Virus record (IMG/VR): IMGVR_UViG_3300020349_000003
Strand: one strand, 5' to 3'
Length of the DNA stretch: 64,000 bases
Source of the DNA: a virus
Lineage: Duplodnaviria > Caudoviricetes
Shown: in pieces, positions 1 to 11,831 of the stretch
Numbering within the stretch: position 1 is the first letter of the stretch
How the letters are laid out: every line of letters begins with the position of its first letter
Position numbers and translations under genes: made by a program
Notes under the pieces: generated by a model
Seen by the model: only the letters and a program-made list of their open reading frames with translations
Database searches by the model: none
What the model was told of the DNA's origin: nothing

Positions 1-3000
1 ACCTAAGTCAAGGTTAACAACATAGTTGAATGAAGATCTAAGACTTACTGCAGGTGTAGAAGAATATCCAGCACCTGGGTCTTTAACTTCAATAACATCC
101 AAACGACCATTCTTAATAGTAGCTTCAGCAGTCGCACCAGATCCACCACCACCTGTAATTACAACAGTGGGTGCTAGAGAATATCCAGAACCTGGATTCG
201 TAACGGTGATACTTTCAAGAATACTTGTAGAAGTTAACTGAGCATTAAGTGGGAATGTAATCTCAGGACGTAAAGTATAGTCATGAGGATAATCATAACC
301 AAAGTTATTATTTTTAAGTTTCTTAATCTTACCAACCTTATCACCCTTAGTGAAGATAGATGCTTCAGTACCGAAAGGTGGTATAACAACTACTAAATCT
401 GCACCAGATCCAGTCAATCCAGAACCAAGAATACCACTAACACCCTCAACATCAATTGTTGCAGATGTATATCCTTTACCTGGAGATGTAACTAAAACTT
501 GTTGAATCTGACCTGGAATTGTTATTCCTTCATCATCCTGTCCATCAGCAACTGTAATTTGAACAAATCCACCTTCACCATCACCACCAATAGGTACTCC
601 ATTGTATGTACCAACTGCATATTCAGTTCCTGGTTCAGTAATCTGAACTCTTTCAATTTTTCTTGTGGACCCAATACCAGTAACAATAGGTAACTTAGTA
701 TAGAAACCACCTGGATTAATGATACGAATATCACCAATAGCACCAACTGCTTTTAATGAACTTGTAGTATATGATGTTCGTGAAATATCACCAACACCTT
801 CTGGTTCATTCAATAATGGGAATTTAAATACATCAGCACCACGGGTAATTGTTTGACCAGAAGTACTACTAATTGTAAATGTACCAGTATAAGGTGAATC
901 TGTTACATCAAGATAACTATCAGAAATTACAGGAGAATCACTACCAGTTCTAGAAGGATCGAAGTAATAAGAAATATTAGTAACTATATCATTATCAACT
1001 TTTAACTTAACTGATGGACTTGGTTGTCCTTGACCAGTTAAACCAGGAGTTCCAATTCTTTCAATAGAGTTGAATGAATATTCCAACTTATAAAGATTAT
1101 CCTTAGCAAATGATAAGTTACCACCTTCTAATGTAGAGTGTCCCAAATCAAAGATATACTGGTGTCCATAGTACATCTTTAAGGTTGGAGATTTAACAAA
1201 TATGCCAACAGTAGAAGCATTAGTTGCAGGAGCAGTTATAGCAGTTTGTGGTAACTTGTAAGTAAATTCAAGTGGACTTACTACAGTATCAATTGCAAAT
1301 GCACCATCATACTCATCATAAACAAGACCACCATTTGTCTGTGATGGATTACCATCAACATAAACGATTTCTCCAGGACTTAAATAATGACTTGTTCCTG
1401 TAATTACATAGACCTCATCACTATTATTAACAGCAGTTACTTGAAGTATTCTCTCTAGATTAGAAATCAAGGTAATCTTAGTAACACCTACTAAATTTGT
1501 TATCTGACATGTGTTGTAATTGGCATTGAAAGATATATCATTAGATGTGAGTGAAACTACAGATCCAACAATGAAAGATGAACTACCACCAATTTCATCA
1601 ATTCTAACTGAATAGTCACCTACATTAAATGGTTTAAATCTAGCAAAGTCATCCAAGTTATTAGTGCCACCTATATTAGCAGGAGCATCATAAGTGGACA
1701 TATCAATGTCAAATGTTCCAGGAGTTGTATTATCAACCTGTGCGAAGGTATACGCCTTCATTTCATTAGTATCATTTGGAACAGGACCAACTATTCCATA
1801 AGTATCTTGCTCATCAAATTGCTCACTAACTAAGATACCATTGTTTAGATCATCACTCCAAGTATTATTCTGAACAGCAATATAAATTTTTCTGTTGGGT
1901 ATATCAGATTTGATGATATATCCACTATTAATAAATGAACCAGTGCTAAGATTATTAAGTCTTAACTTAGATCCTGTAGTAAATATGAATGGTTGATTTA
2001 TAGTTAATTCTTGGATGTTATCAATCTTAATTGTATTAGTAACCTTAAAGAAGTACCTATCCTTAACTACAGCAGATACTTGTAACTTTTGAGAACCTGG
2101 AGAAGGAACAGTTGCTGTTCTAGAACTCCAAATATCATTAGTATAAGTTAATGTCTCTGTACCAGGAGTCATTGTTATAGTAGCATCATCAAAGTCTAGA
2201 GTTTGTAGACCTGCATCACCCAATGCAAAATCAGCTTCTCCAATTACCAATGAAGAACCAGTAAGAGGAGTTACTTCAGTTCTAACAAATCCTAACTGAG
2301 TATTTGTTTGTAAACCTTTATCACCTAATCTAGTAGCATCAGCATTCTTATCTACTTTTAAATTCCATCCATTATAGTCAATATAATCATACTTAGTTAA
2401 ATTATTAGTAAACCAAGCAGTATCTGTCCAAGCAAATGCAAATGCAAATGATGCTACGGGTGGTAAACTTGATATATCAGAAGGTACAGTTGGTGTAACA
2501 GATCTATTTCTTAGTCTAATATTATCAATAAAGAATTGTCCTTGCTTAGATTGACTAAAGTCTGATGCTCCAGATCCGAAACCAATTTGGTTACCAAAAT
2601 ACAAGTCCTTGGCACCAAGAGCAGTATTTGCCAATGTACCAGTAATAACTTCTATAGCATTAACAAATACCTTAAATATATTACCTTCTTTCCTTACAGC
2701 AATAGTCTGCCAAGAATTATCAGCATACATTGTTGTCTGTGATGAAGATATACCAGATCCAGCATTTAATGCAGTTGTATTATTAGTAACAACCATCTGT
2801 AATTCACCAGTACTATTATCATAACCTAACCATAATCCACCAGTAGCATCTTGAGCACCACCAATACCCATTAGAGTTTGAGCTCCTTGAGATAGTGTCT
2901 GAGATGCTGACGCAGATTTGTAAATAAAGAACTCTAAAGTCCAATCATTTGCTAATGTAGTAGCTAAATCAGTTCCAGAAACTTTAAGATATGAATTTTC

Positions 3001-6000
3001 CCATGTAGAACTAGACCCAGCTGGTTGATAACCATAGATCTTTGCCATATTATCAGCATAAGTTACGGCATTACTTCCTCCAACTGAAGTTAAAGTATAG
3101 TGACCTGTTAAATCTGTTTGCTCATTAGCAGCAAAATCAAAGATAAACTCATTTCTATTCCATTGAGTTTGACCAGAAAGGTAAATATCACCAGAATTAT
3201 CAGTATTACATGCATGAACAGTTATACCTTCAACACGTTTCTGATTAAATTCGTTGGTACTATGATTTTTAATCTTACCATCATATCCAATTTTAACTGA
3301 ATCTACAGTCTTAACACCAGTTGTAGTATTATGTCTACTAAATGCAAGGTTTAGATCTCCAAATATATCAATAGAACTCCTATCTGCCATAGTGATATCT
3401 CTACCAGGAGCAACATAACGATAATTCCAAAGTATAGTACCAGATGTATTAACTTTACCAACCCAGAAACTGTCTTTCTGTGCAGGATCAGACTTAAGTC
3501 TTAATGTAGCAGAAATATAGCACTCATTAAATTCATCAAATACAAGACTACCATCAACTAATGAATATACAGATGTGCTGTACTCTTTAATAAAGTCTAT
3601 GTTAATTGCACTAGTAGTTAAAGTCGCTTTACCAAATGCCATATTGACATCTGTAGTAGATTGATTTAATCCTACTTCCATTAAGAAGTATAATTCTGTA
3701 ACACCAGCAGTGGTCGTTATGACCTTCATATCTACAATCTTTTCAGACTTACTAGTAGATACAAGCTTTCTCTTAATAGCAAAATTACCAGTACTATCAA
3801 TAGATGCTAAGAATGCATCATATGGATTACTGGAGTTTGTATTAGTATAACCACCGATAATGAAACGAGTATCACTCCACTTCTGAATTGAAGACACATA
3901 GTCAGCACGAGTAGCACCAGAGATACCAGCATAACCTTTCTGGAACTGTAATCCAGCACTCAATCCATTTTCTGCCTGAGTATACTTAGCGAGTATAACA
4001 TCTGGATTATAATCATTAAGTAAAGTGCTATTTGGTTGATTATTACCAACTACCCAAACATCAAGACCATCTACATAAAGTTTTTGAAACTCTGTATAGA
4101 ATTGTCCATCAGTACTCTCTAAAGTATTCTCCCACTCTTTAACACCTGTAGCAGATAACTTAGAAACAAAACCTACTGTATTTCCAACAGCATCCTTTGT
4201 TTTACCACAAATAAAGATCTCTTTATTATCACTAACATAAGAATCATTAATCTTAACATAATTTTGATTTTCGATTTTAGAAAGATAATAATCTGCTTTC
4301 TTAAAGACCTGTGGATGAGATAATATAACACGAGGATTTGATGTATATCCAGAACCAGAATTTAAAATATTAACCGTATCAATTGCACCAACAGTTGATA
4401 CAACTGCTTCTAATTTTCCAGCACTACCATCACCATCAATTGTAATAGTTGGTGGAATATCTGTATTATATCCAGAACCTCTTTGATCAATAACAATCTC
4501 TTCTATACCTTTATATTGACGAACTACAAACGTTTTGTTTGTGTTCTGCATTATAGGAGTATAATCTATATAAACAACGTCACTAGCAACTAGATTATGA
4601 GGATCTGCTGTTTGTAAAACACCGTAGTTAGCACCACTAATATTCTCGAAACTATATGCAGCAACACTTTCACCCTTAATTTTTGAAATACGAGCAGATA
4701 CACCAGATCCATCAGTATCAGTATTATCAAATATTAATCTATCATCTACCTGATAATTCTTACCTGTGTTCTCAACAGTAAATCCAGTAACAGAAGCATC
4801 TTCAAATTTAGTTGTTGTCTCAACTTCAATATCAACTTTAGAGTCAAATTTAACTTTAGGGAAGTAATCAAATAACTGTAAAGGTGACTCTTCAAACATT
4901 TGATCAGGATCTGCAGTCTCTTCTGCACCTATAATACCATCTCTATTTTCATCTTCCACTTCAAACAACAAGATTTCTCCATCTTCAGTTGTTAAAGCAG
5001 CAGTAGAAGCATTGGGTGTTCTTTCAACATCAATATCAACATTTTCATATGGGTCTCTATAACGTACAACTCCAGTTGGTATATTCTGCTGAATTGCATT
5101 TGCACTAAGATTCCAAGAATCAACAACAGAGTTAAAACTTGGTCCTATAACATATGGGAATAATGGAGCACCTGCATCGGTAGCATCAATAGTAACAAAG
5201 TAGCAGTAGTTACCATTAGGAAAATCGGGGGTTTTACAGAAACGACCATTATACTGGTCTAAGTCACCTAATCCAAAACTATACTCATAGTCTTCCACAA
5301 AATTACCAGAAGGTTCTTCTGTTAATAAAGGACCAGCAGTTCTATTTGGATTGGGGTTAGTTGTATCATCATATACTAATTCATCCTTCAATTTGTATGA
5401 AGTTCTAAGTCTAACAGTAGCAGAACTTTGGTCAGTAGGATCATTGTATCCATAAGGACCATAAATTGGGTTACCATCAAATGCCCAACCGATAATTGGA
5501 GAGTGATTTAACTGCTCTTCTTGCTCAAGAATATTTCCTGTGCCAATTTCTTCATAAAGGTTATCACCAAGAATGTATCTCATTTTTTGTGGGTTTGATA
5601 GGTGAGCATATTCACCACCATACTCATTATTATAACCAGTAAATACAGAACCCTTAGCAGTGTCAAACTGTGAAGTTGCTTGAAGGTTGTAGTTCCATTG
5701 GAATACATTTGCAGTAAAGGTAGCATTTTGACCAACAGAAGTCAAATTGATAATGGTAGTACCTTGAACGTAGTTAATACCTTTGTTTACAATCTCAATA
5801 TTGGTTACTCTTCCAGCATTTTCACCATCTGTATCAATAGTTGCTCTTGCAATCGCACCAAATCCAACACCCTGAATAGATACTTCAGGTGCAGTAGTAT
5901 ATCCAGATCCAGCAGAAATGATAGCAATAGATATAATTCTACCATCATTAACAATGGCTTGTGCAACAGCACCTCTACCAGAACTTAATGTTACTGTAGG

Positions 6001-9000
6001 ACTAGAAGTATATTCTACACCACCATTATTAATACCAATTGACTGAATAGGTCCACGAACAGATGCAGTACCAGCAGCACCAGCACCTTCTCCACCAACA
6101 ATAGTAATAAGTGGTTGTGAAGTATATCCAGAACCACCTGAGTTGATTAGAATACGTGAAACTGACCCTTTGGTTATAATAGCAGTTGCAGCAGCACCAG
6201 AACCACCTCCTCCGACGATTGATACTAATGGGGAAGAAGTGAATCCAGAACCACCAGCAGTTACAGTAATTTCACTAAGAGAACCATTAACTATAACACT
6301 AGCAGTTGCACCTTCTCCACCACCACCTGTCATAGTAATCGCAGGAGGAGATGCAGCATCATACCCAGAACCAGCATTAGTGATACTAACATCGGTTACA
6401 GCACCAAAGGTTTTTGCTTCAGTTGACTTATAAGACCAAATTGATACACCATTAACCCAAGTACCTATCGGACCTGAAGTAATAGCATTCTTAGTTGAAA
6501 TAGTAGTAGGTATTTTAGGGAACCTATTTAATTTACGTTGGTTGCCTGGAAGAAGAGCAGAACCTGGGAAAGGTCCAATTTCATAGTTAGGAATACCTGT
6601 AGAGGCAACATAAACATAATCATCATTAAAGAATGAGTTTTGTATGTTTGTAGTATAAGGACTAACTGCATTATTAACAGCAGAATTAATAGATTTACCT
6701 TTGTTAAGGTCAACAGATACTAGAATATTACCTTGTGGTATAACAGTAGCAGGTTGAGGTAGATTATACTGGAAAATAACGTCGCTGTCCCTAGAAGTGA
6801 CTAAGAACGTTCCGTTATAGATGATTGGGTTAGCACCATAAATGGTAACTTGGTCTCCAACTAATAAACCATGAGGATTGACACAAGTTATAGTAGCAGA
6901 CTGATTATTAACACCACCGTAAGTTACAGTTGAAACATCGATTAATTTTTTAACGTTATACAACCAAGTAGTCAGATCTGGTCCACTACCAGTACCACCG
7001 AGCTTAGAAACTGTTAATTTGTCTCCAGGTAAGTAATAAGAACCAGTATCTGTTAATGTTGTTTGTTGAGCATCAACAATACCAACAATATTCATCACAA
7101 CTTCTTGAATTGTACCCTTATTAAGATATACTCTGAAATTAGATGTTACTTCAGTAGCAGAATCCCAATCTTCTTCAACACCATTAACTGAACGAGTACA
7201 TTCAATAAACTGGTTAAGTGATTTTTCTTTATACTGTACCAATTCAGATCCAGTACCAGTACCAATTATAAATTCACCGTTTCTTTCAGGCCAACCAATT
7301 GTAGAGTCAACTGTTATAATACCATCAGTTAAATTCAATGGTTCTGCAAGTTTAGTCTTATATGGAACTGTAAATGTACCATTAATAGTTTCTTCGGAAA
7401 GAACCAATTCGTATATTGTCTGTTCTGAAGTTTTAATTGAAATAAAGTTCTCAACAAGAGCACTTGCATCTTGAACATTACTATCTGCTATATCCCTATC
7501 TTGTATTAATAAAGCATCTTTTATATTACGAGAATCACCACTAACTAAAGTTGCCCGAAGAATTGTATCAATAGACCAAGTAGCAGCAGAAGGCTTAATT
7601 ATTTGGTCTTTTGGATATGAAATACTTACGGTTTCACCATATAGTAACTTAAAGAGGTATGCAATACTATAAGAAGTACCTTTAGATGAATAAAAGTCCT
7701 TAATAGTCTTAATTGAAGTTCTAACGTCTATTTGAGTATAATCTAGACTAGGTACATCAGGTAAGAACTGTTCTGTATACTTATCGAGTAATCTTTTAAT
7801 GAATAGAGCATCTAAACATTTAACAGTAGTATTTGTAGAAGCTGCAGCAGCTACAGTATCTCCTGAGAATACTGCATTACCATCTTCTGAATATTCTTTA
7901 ATTCCACTTGCTGCTCTAGCACATCCTACTAATTTTGCTTTACTATATCCAGCACCTTCCTGATTTACTGTAAATCCAGTAACTTCATTAAGTCCAACTG
8001 TAGCAGAAGCTTCTGCCGAAGGTGGTTGTTGAATAAAGATAGTTGGAGGTTCAGTTGCACTATACCCAGAACCAAAATTAGTTATATTAATATCAATAAT
8101 CTGACCATTGAAAATAGATGCAACAGCAGTAGCATTAGTACCACCAGCATAATTTCCTTGACCATCTAGTCTTTCGTCAACAATATAAACAGACGGAACA
8201 TCTTGATATCCACTACCACCACTCAAAAGTTCAATATTAGTTACTCTTCCATCACCATCAACTTGTGTTTGAAGGATCTGTGCTCCTGTTGGATCTATAA
8301 CAGCAACTCTAGGAGTTCCAGTATATCCTTGACCAGCATTTAATACATTTACACTAGTAAGCACACCATCAGTTAGAACTGCCTGTAATGATGCTCTAAT
8401 ACCATCTTCTTCAGTAGGTTCATCAATATAGATGATAGGAACAGTTGTATATCCAATACCACCATTACTTACAGTAATACCACCACTAATAGAACCATTA
8501 GATATCGTTGGAGGAGCAATTTGACCGCCTCCAGGCTGGGTAAAAGTAAGTCTAGGTGTGAATGTATACCCACTACCAGAATTAAGTATTTCTAAGTCAC
8601 TTACAGCACCATTTGTAACAGTTGCCTTTATCTTTGCTGTTGTAGAACCTGGTTTTGTAGGTGCTTGTACAGTAACTATGGGTGGGTTTGTATCACTATA
8701 TCCATATCCTCCATCAAGAAGAGATACACTCTTAGTACCATTAACTAATGCTGTAGCAGCAGCACCAGTACCAGTTGTTATCCTATCTTGTCCGATAGAA
8801 ACTTTTGGTGGATATTCAAACCTATAATCTTTACCGTTATTGGTTATAGATATCCCATTTACTCTTCCTAGACCATTAACACGTGCATATCCTATAGCAC
8901 CTGAACCGAAAGATGGAACTGGAGCTTCAACTGAGTAAAGAGATAAGAATCTACCATTTAGAGGTGCATTCTTAAATATAAACTGGTCTCCATCAAGGAA

Positions 9001-9795
9001 GAAATCATCACATGGGATAAGAAGCTCGTTATCGTATACTGCTAAAATATACTCATCTATAACAGGTTCGTATGGAACACCATCTCTTGTTATAGTGAAT
9101 TGACGCTTACCTTCACCAAAACTATTTGATATATTATCAATTGGAACAATATTACTCTCAACAAAACCACTCAAGTATGTAATAAAGGTTAAATCTGCAC
9201 CATCAGCATCGAGTTTTGTTCTAGGGGCAGATGTAAAGATTACATCAGTACCATCTACAGTATAATCGATATTAGGAACTAAAACTTCACCATAAGACTG
9301 CACAATTAAATGTTGTGCAGAAGGTGGAGCTACAGGATTATTCTGAGAAGTTAACGGAAAACTTGTACGAGATCCATCAAATAATGTTATAGGATTTGCA
9401 AGACCCAACCACTTTAATTTAACCTGTTCGTATGAAATACCTGGACTTAAAGCAATATGGGGTGAATGGCTTATGGATTCATAGTAAATTACTTCATCAC
9501 CAATCAATATAGATCCATCGCTCTCTAAAAATGGGTCTACAGTCTCTACTACTATCGTATCATCAGTCAATCCAAGAGGTTCTACTAGCTTCGATGCACC
9601 ATCAAGTATTCCTATATCCAGTTTATCAATATCTAGATATTGAAGGAAATTATTTAAAATATTTTGTCCTAGACCAGTTTTTTCCTGAGATCTATAATAA
9701 AATTCAATGAATTTATTAAAGAGAGGATACTCATCCTCGATAAACGCTGGAGTCAGTGACTTGACTGACTGGGATACTTTATTGATATTTGCCAT
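1..9795 (-). CDS. gp7: Giant baseplate wedge protein (gp7-like), 3'-truncated by window edge, >3265 aa
   Basis: Not in the ORF track. ATG at 9795 (MANINKVSQSVKSLTPAFIEDEYPLFNKFIEFYYRSQE), 5 nt after the gp6 stop. Same frame open at spot checks at 9001, 6001 and 1-30 (FNYVVNLDLG). Many GxGY-xxxP-x-V repeats. Position after gp25-gp6 matches T4-like cyanophage synteny. Confidence 0.8.
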   Translation of the reverse strand, partial: MANINKVSQSVKSLTPAFIEDEYPLFNKFIEFYYRSQEKTGLGQNILNNFLQYLDIDKLDIGILDGASKLVEPLGLTDDTIVVETVDPFLESDGSILIGDEVIYYESISHSPHIALSPGISYEQVKLKWLGLANPITLFDGSRTSFPLTSQNNPVAPPSAQHLIVQSYGEVLVPNIDYTVDGTDVIFTSAPRTKLDADGADLTFITYLSGFVESNIVPIDNISNSFGEGKRQFTITRDGVPYEPVIDEYILAVYDNELLIPCDDFFLDGDQFIFKNAPLNGRFLSLYSVEAPVPSFGSGAIGYARVNGLGRVNGISITNNGKDYRFEYPPKVSIGQDRITTGTGAAATALVNGTKSVSLLDGGYGYSDTNPPIVTVQAPTKPGSTTAKIKATVTNGAVSDLEILNSGSGYTFTPRLTFTQPGGGQIAPPTISNGSISGGITVSNGGIGYTTVPIIYIDEPTEEDGIRASLQAVLTDGVLTSVNVLNAGQGYTGTPRVAVIDPTGAQILQTQVDGDGRVTNIELLSGGSGYQDVPSVYIVDERLDGQGNYAGGTNATAVASIFNGQIIDINITNFGSGYSATEPPTIFIQQPPSAEASATVGLNEVTGFTVNQEGAGYSKAKLVGCARAASGIKEYSEDGNAVFSGDTVAAAASTNTTVKCLDALFIKRLLDKYTEQFLPDVPSLDYTQIDVRTSIKTIKDFYSSKGTSYSIAYLFKLLYGETVSISYPKDQIIKPSAATWSIDTILRATLVSGDSRNIKDALLIQDRDIADSNVQDASALVENFISIKTSEQTIYELVLSEETINGTFTVPYKTKLAEPLNLTDGIITVDSTIGWPERNGEFIIGTGTGSELVQYKEKSLNQFIECTRSVNGVEEDWDSATEVTSNFRVYLNKGTIQEVVMNIVGIVDAQQTTLTDTGSYYLPGDKLTVSKLGGTGSGPDLTTWLYNVKKLIDVSTVTYGGVNNQSATITCVNPHGLLVGDQVTIYGANPIIYNGTFLVTSRDSDVIFQYNLPQPATVIPQGNILVSVDLNKGKSINSAVNNAVSPYTTNIQNSFFNDDYVYVASTGIPNYEIGPFPGSALLPGNQRKLNRFPKIPTTISTKNAITSGPIGTWVNGVSIWSYKSTEAKTFGAVTDVSITNAGSGYDAASPPAITMTGGGGEGATASVIVNGSLSEITVTAGGSGFTSSPLVSIVGGGGSGAAATAIITKGSVSRILINSGGSGYTSQPLITIVGGEGAGAAGTASVRGPIQSIGINNGGVEYTSSPTVTLSSGRGAVAQAIVNDGRIISIAIISAGSGYTTAPEVSIQGVGFGAIARATIDTDGENAGRVTNIEIVNKGINYVQGTTIINLTSVGQNATFTANVFQWNYNLQATSQFDTAKGSVFTGYNNEYGGEYAHLSNPQKMRYILGDNLYEEIGTGNILEQEEQLNHSPIIGWAFDGNPIYGPYGYNDPTDQSSATVRLRTSYKLKDELVYDDTTNPNPNRTAGPLLTEEPSGNFVEDYEYSFGLGDLDQYNGRFCKTPDFPNGNYCYFVTIDATDAGAPLFPYVIGPSFNSVVDSWNLSANAIQQNIPTGVVRYRDPYENVDIDVERTPNASTAALTTEDGEILLFEVEDENRDGIIGAEETADPDQMFEESPLQLFDYFPKVKFDSKVDIEVETTTKFEDASVTGFTVENTGKNYQVDDRLIFDNTDTDGSGVSARISKIKGESVAAYSFENISGANYGVLQTADPHNLVASDVVYIDYTPIMQNTNKTFVVRQYKGIEEIVIDQRGSGYNTDIPPTITIDGDGSAGKLEAVVSTVGAIDTVNILNSGSGYTSNPRVILSHPQVFKKADYYLSKIENQNYVKINDSYVSDNKEIFICGKTKDAVGNTVGFVSKLSATGVKEWENTLESTDGQFYTEFQKLYVDGLDVWVVGNNQPNSTLLNDYNPDVILAKYTQAENGLSAGLQFQKGYAGISGATRADYVSSIQKWSDTRFIIGGYTNTNSSNPYDAFLASIDSTGNFAIKRKLVSTSKSEKIVDMKVITTTAGVTELYFLMEVGLNQSTTDVNMAFGKATLTTSAINIDFIKEYSTSVYSLVDGSLVFDEFNECYISATLRLKSDPAQKDSFWVGKVNTSGTILWNYRYVAPGRDITMADRSSIDIFGDLNLAFSRHNTTTGVKTVDSVKIGYDGKIKNHSTNEFNQKRVEGITVHACNTDNSGDIYLSGQTQWNRNEFIFDFAANEQTDLTGHYTLTSVGGSNAVTYADNMAKIYGYQPAGSSSTWENSYLKVSGTDLATTLANDWTLEFFIYKSASASQTLSQGAQTLMGIGGAQDATGGLWLGYDNSTGELQMVVTNNTTALNAGSGISSSQTTMYADNSWQTIAVRKEGNIFKVFVNAIEVITGTLANTALGAKDLYFGNQIGFGSGASDFSQSKQGQFFIDNIRLRNRSVTPTVPSDISSLPPVASFAFAFAWTDTAWFTNNLTKYDYIDYNGWNLKVDKNADATRLGDKGLQTNTQLGFVRTEVTPLTGSSLVIGEADFALGDAGLQTLDFDDATITMTPGTETLTYTNDIWSSRTATVPSPGSQKLQVSAVVKDRYFFKVTNTIKIDNIQELTINQPFIFTTGSKLRLNNLSTGSFINSGYIIKSDIPNRKIYIAVQNNTWSDDLNNGILVSEQFDEQDTYGIVGPVPNDTNEMKAYTFAQVDNTTPGTFDIDMSTYDAPANIGGTNNLDDFARFKPFNVGDYSVRIDEIGGSSSFIVGSVVSLTSNDISFNANYNTCQITNLVGVTKITLISNLERILQVTAVNNSDEVYVITGTSHYLSPGEIVYVDGNPSQTNGGLVYDEYDGAFAIDTVVSPLEFTYKLPQTAITAPATNASTVGIFVKSPTLKMYYGHQYIFDLGHSTLEGGNLSFAKDNLYKLEYSFNSIERIGTPGLTGQGQPSPSVKLKVDNDIVTNISYYFDPSRTGSDSPVISDSYLDVTDSPYTGTFTISSTSGQTITRGADVFKFPLLNEPEGVGDISRTSYTTSSLKAVGAIGDIRIINPGGFYTKLPIVTGIGSTRKIERVQITEPGTEYAVGTYNGVPIGGDGEGGFVQITVADGQDDEGITIPGQIQQVLVTSPGKGYTSATIDVEGVSGILGSGLTGSGADLVVVIPPFGTEASIFTKGDKVGKIKKLKNNNFGYDYPHDYTLRPEITFPLNAQLTSTSILESITVTNPGSGYSLAPTVVITGGGGSGATAEATIKNGRLDVIEVKDPGAGYSSTPAVSLRSSFNYVVNLDLG

Positions 9796-9800
9796 CTAAG

Positions 9801-11831
9801 TTAGAAACAACTAGAAGTGAGAGAACCTGTATTACCTATTGTCGATACTTCAACTAAGGTTGGTGCTTGGTTAAAGACCTTTGGTGTCAAACTATTTAGA
9901 GGTACAGTAGGAGGTGGTGTTGTACCAACTGGACTTACTGTGACTTCAGGATTTATAACATTAATTATTGTTCCAGGAGTAGATGCTGGAATAGTAGAAC
10001 TGTTAGAGGGTATAAACAGAGTTGGTAACTGCAAATCTGTTGGTAATAGTGTAGTGTCGATTACACTACCTGTGCCAGTAATAGCATCCGAAAGATTTAA
10101 ATTAGTAGATGATGGAACATTATCTCCAGCTCCTACTATATTAATCGGTCCTATACAAATATCACCAGTCTCATAATTTATAGAACCTGCGGAAGTATTG
10201 GTATATACCTTCTTATTTCCAGTGTTATAGAAGGTTCTTAACTTACCAAAACCATCATCTTCAAATTGTTGATCAACACCAGGTCTATCTGCTGTTCTAA
10301 AGTTACCAGATAGTATCACTGGTTCTTTTTTACAACCAGTAGTGTCGGTATCAACGTTACTTGGAGCACTATCATATAAGGTTGAACCTGTTGATATGCA
10401 ATAAGTATTAGTTTGATTGGTTTGAGGTTTGATATACTTCAAAAGTGAAGTTTGTACAGAAACATCACTAATTGCCTTATTAGATAAGGTAATTGCTTTC
10501 TGGAACTGCTGATTCCTAAATGTTGAGTTAAAGTTATTAATTTGAGTTTGAGTTGCCCAATCATTAACAGAAGTCTGTATATTGGTCTTAATTTCGGAAG
10601 TATTACTAGTTACCCCAGTATCATATAAAGCAAATACTTTAGGATAGATGTAAAGTTGGTCTGGGTCAATAACTACAGGGTCAATAGATGCCATTGCATA
10701 ACTTCTAAGATCTGCAGCAATACTTTTCTTAGTAGCATCATTCAGGGAAGAACCTGTCTTAGTTTTAATAGCAATATAAACCTTGCCGTAGATTGGAGGG
10801 TTTAATGAATCACCACCATATGCAATAACTGAATCTGCATTAGAATAGATCTTCTTAGTAATTACAGCATAATCCTGTGCTGTAACTGCTCTATATTGGG
10901 AAGAATAGTATCTGGGAGCCATATACTTGATAGACTCTACAGACTCGGAGGCAGACCCCTGTTGTGATTTTTCTTTTGTTGCTAGAGTAACATTTCCGTT
11001 TGGTGGTTTAATTCCAAGACTATCAGTTAGTTCTCCGATAAAAGTAAACTTTTGAACTTCATTTGCTTCAGAACCAGAAGTAACCAAATACTCTAGACCG
11101 ATAATTTCACCATCCTTAAGTTTTCTACCAACACTATCGTCACCAAACCTTATCTCATATCTTTGGTCTTCTCCTTCAGAAATAAAGTAAACCCTAGTTG
11201 CAGCAGTCAAATTAGTAACAGTATCAACTAAGTTATACAGATCTGATGTAGTAGATGCTTCGTTTGGTTTAACGGTTACTACTAGAGTGTTTATATCTGC
11301 ATCTTCAGCAGGAACTATGTAATTTTGATTCTTAAAACTACTCACAGTATACTCAAAGTCTACAATAGTTCCTTCATTAATCATAAGATTATCAAATTCA
11401 GCAATACCAGAGGTCGTATTAACCTCTACAGTAGTGTCGGAAAGGATATTCCATATAAAGTTACCCCCACTAGCTACAGGCCCCTTAGAGAGCGTTATAC
11501 TACTAGGATAAGCACCATTTGTCTGGGAGGTTTGAACATGCAATTTCAAACATGCCTTAGAGCATGTAATTGACCTTGGGACATAATTTAAAAGCTTTGC
11601 AACATTAACAATGTTATCTCGCAATGTCGCAGAAGGAAGAAATGCCTCATTCATGGACATATTAGCATTGAATGCACTATAATAAGTGTTATATGCTAAA
11701 GTATCGATAAGATAGGACAATCCTGACCCTTCAAAATCATAATCAGAAAACTCATTTCGAGTTCTCAAATAAGTTTTGATAGATGATTTAATATCATCAA
11801 AATCTAATGCTGTCAGATTATTCGGTTGCAT
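9801..11831 (-). CDS. gp6: Baseplate wedge subunit gp6
   Basis: LDFDDIK...DYDFEGSGLSYLIDTLAYNTYY N-terminus and RAVTAQDY motif typical of T4 gp6. Confidence 0.95.
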   Translation of the reverse strand: MQPNNLTALDFDDIKSSIKTYLRTRNEFSDYDFEGSGLSYLIDTLAYNTYYSAFNANMSMNEAFLPSATLRDNIVNVAKLLNYVPRSITCSKACLKLHVQTSQTNGAYPSSITLSKGPVASGGNFIWNILSDTTVEVNTTSGIAEFDNLMINEGTIVDFEYTVSSFKNQNYIVPAEDADINTLVVTVKPNEASTTSDLYNLVDTVTNLTAATRVYFISEGEDQRYEIRFGDDSVGRKLKDGEIIGLEYLVTSGSEANEVQKFTFIGELTDSLGIKPPNGNVTLATKEKSQQGSASESVESIKYMAPRYYSSQYRAVTAQDYAVITKKIYSNADSVIAYGGDSLNPPIYGKVYIAIKTKTGSSLNDATKKSIAADLRSYAMASIDPVVIDPDQLYIYPKVFALYDTGVTSNTSEIKTNIQTSVNDWATQTQINNFNSTFRNQQFQKAITLSNKAISDVSVQTSLLKYIKPQTNQTNTYCISTGSTLYDSAPSNVDTDTTGCKKEPVILSGNFRTADRPGVDQQFEDDGFGKLRTFYNTGNKKVYTNTSAGSINYETGDICIGPINIVGAGDNVPSSTNLNLSDAITGTGSVIDTTLLPTDLQLPTLFIPSNSSTIPASTPGTIINVINPEVTVSPVGTTPPPTVPLNSLTPKVFNQAPTLVEVSTIGNTGSLTSSCF

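Noticed and set aside
26-11573. Short plus-strand and alternative-frame ORFs in the track
   Set aside because: Shadows of gp7 and gp6.
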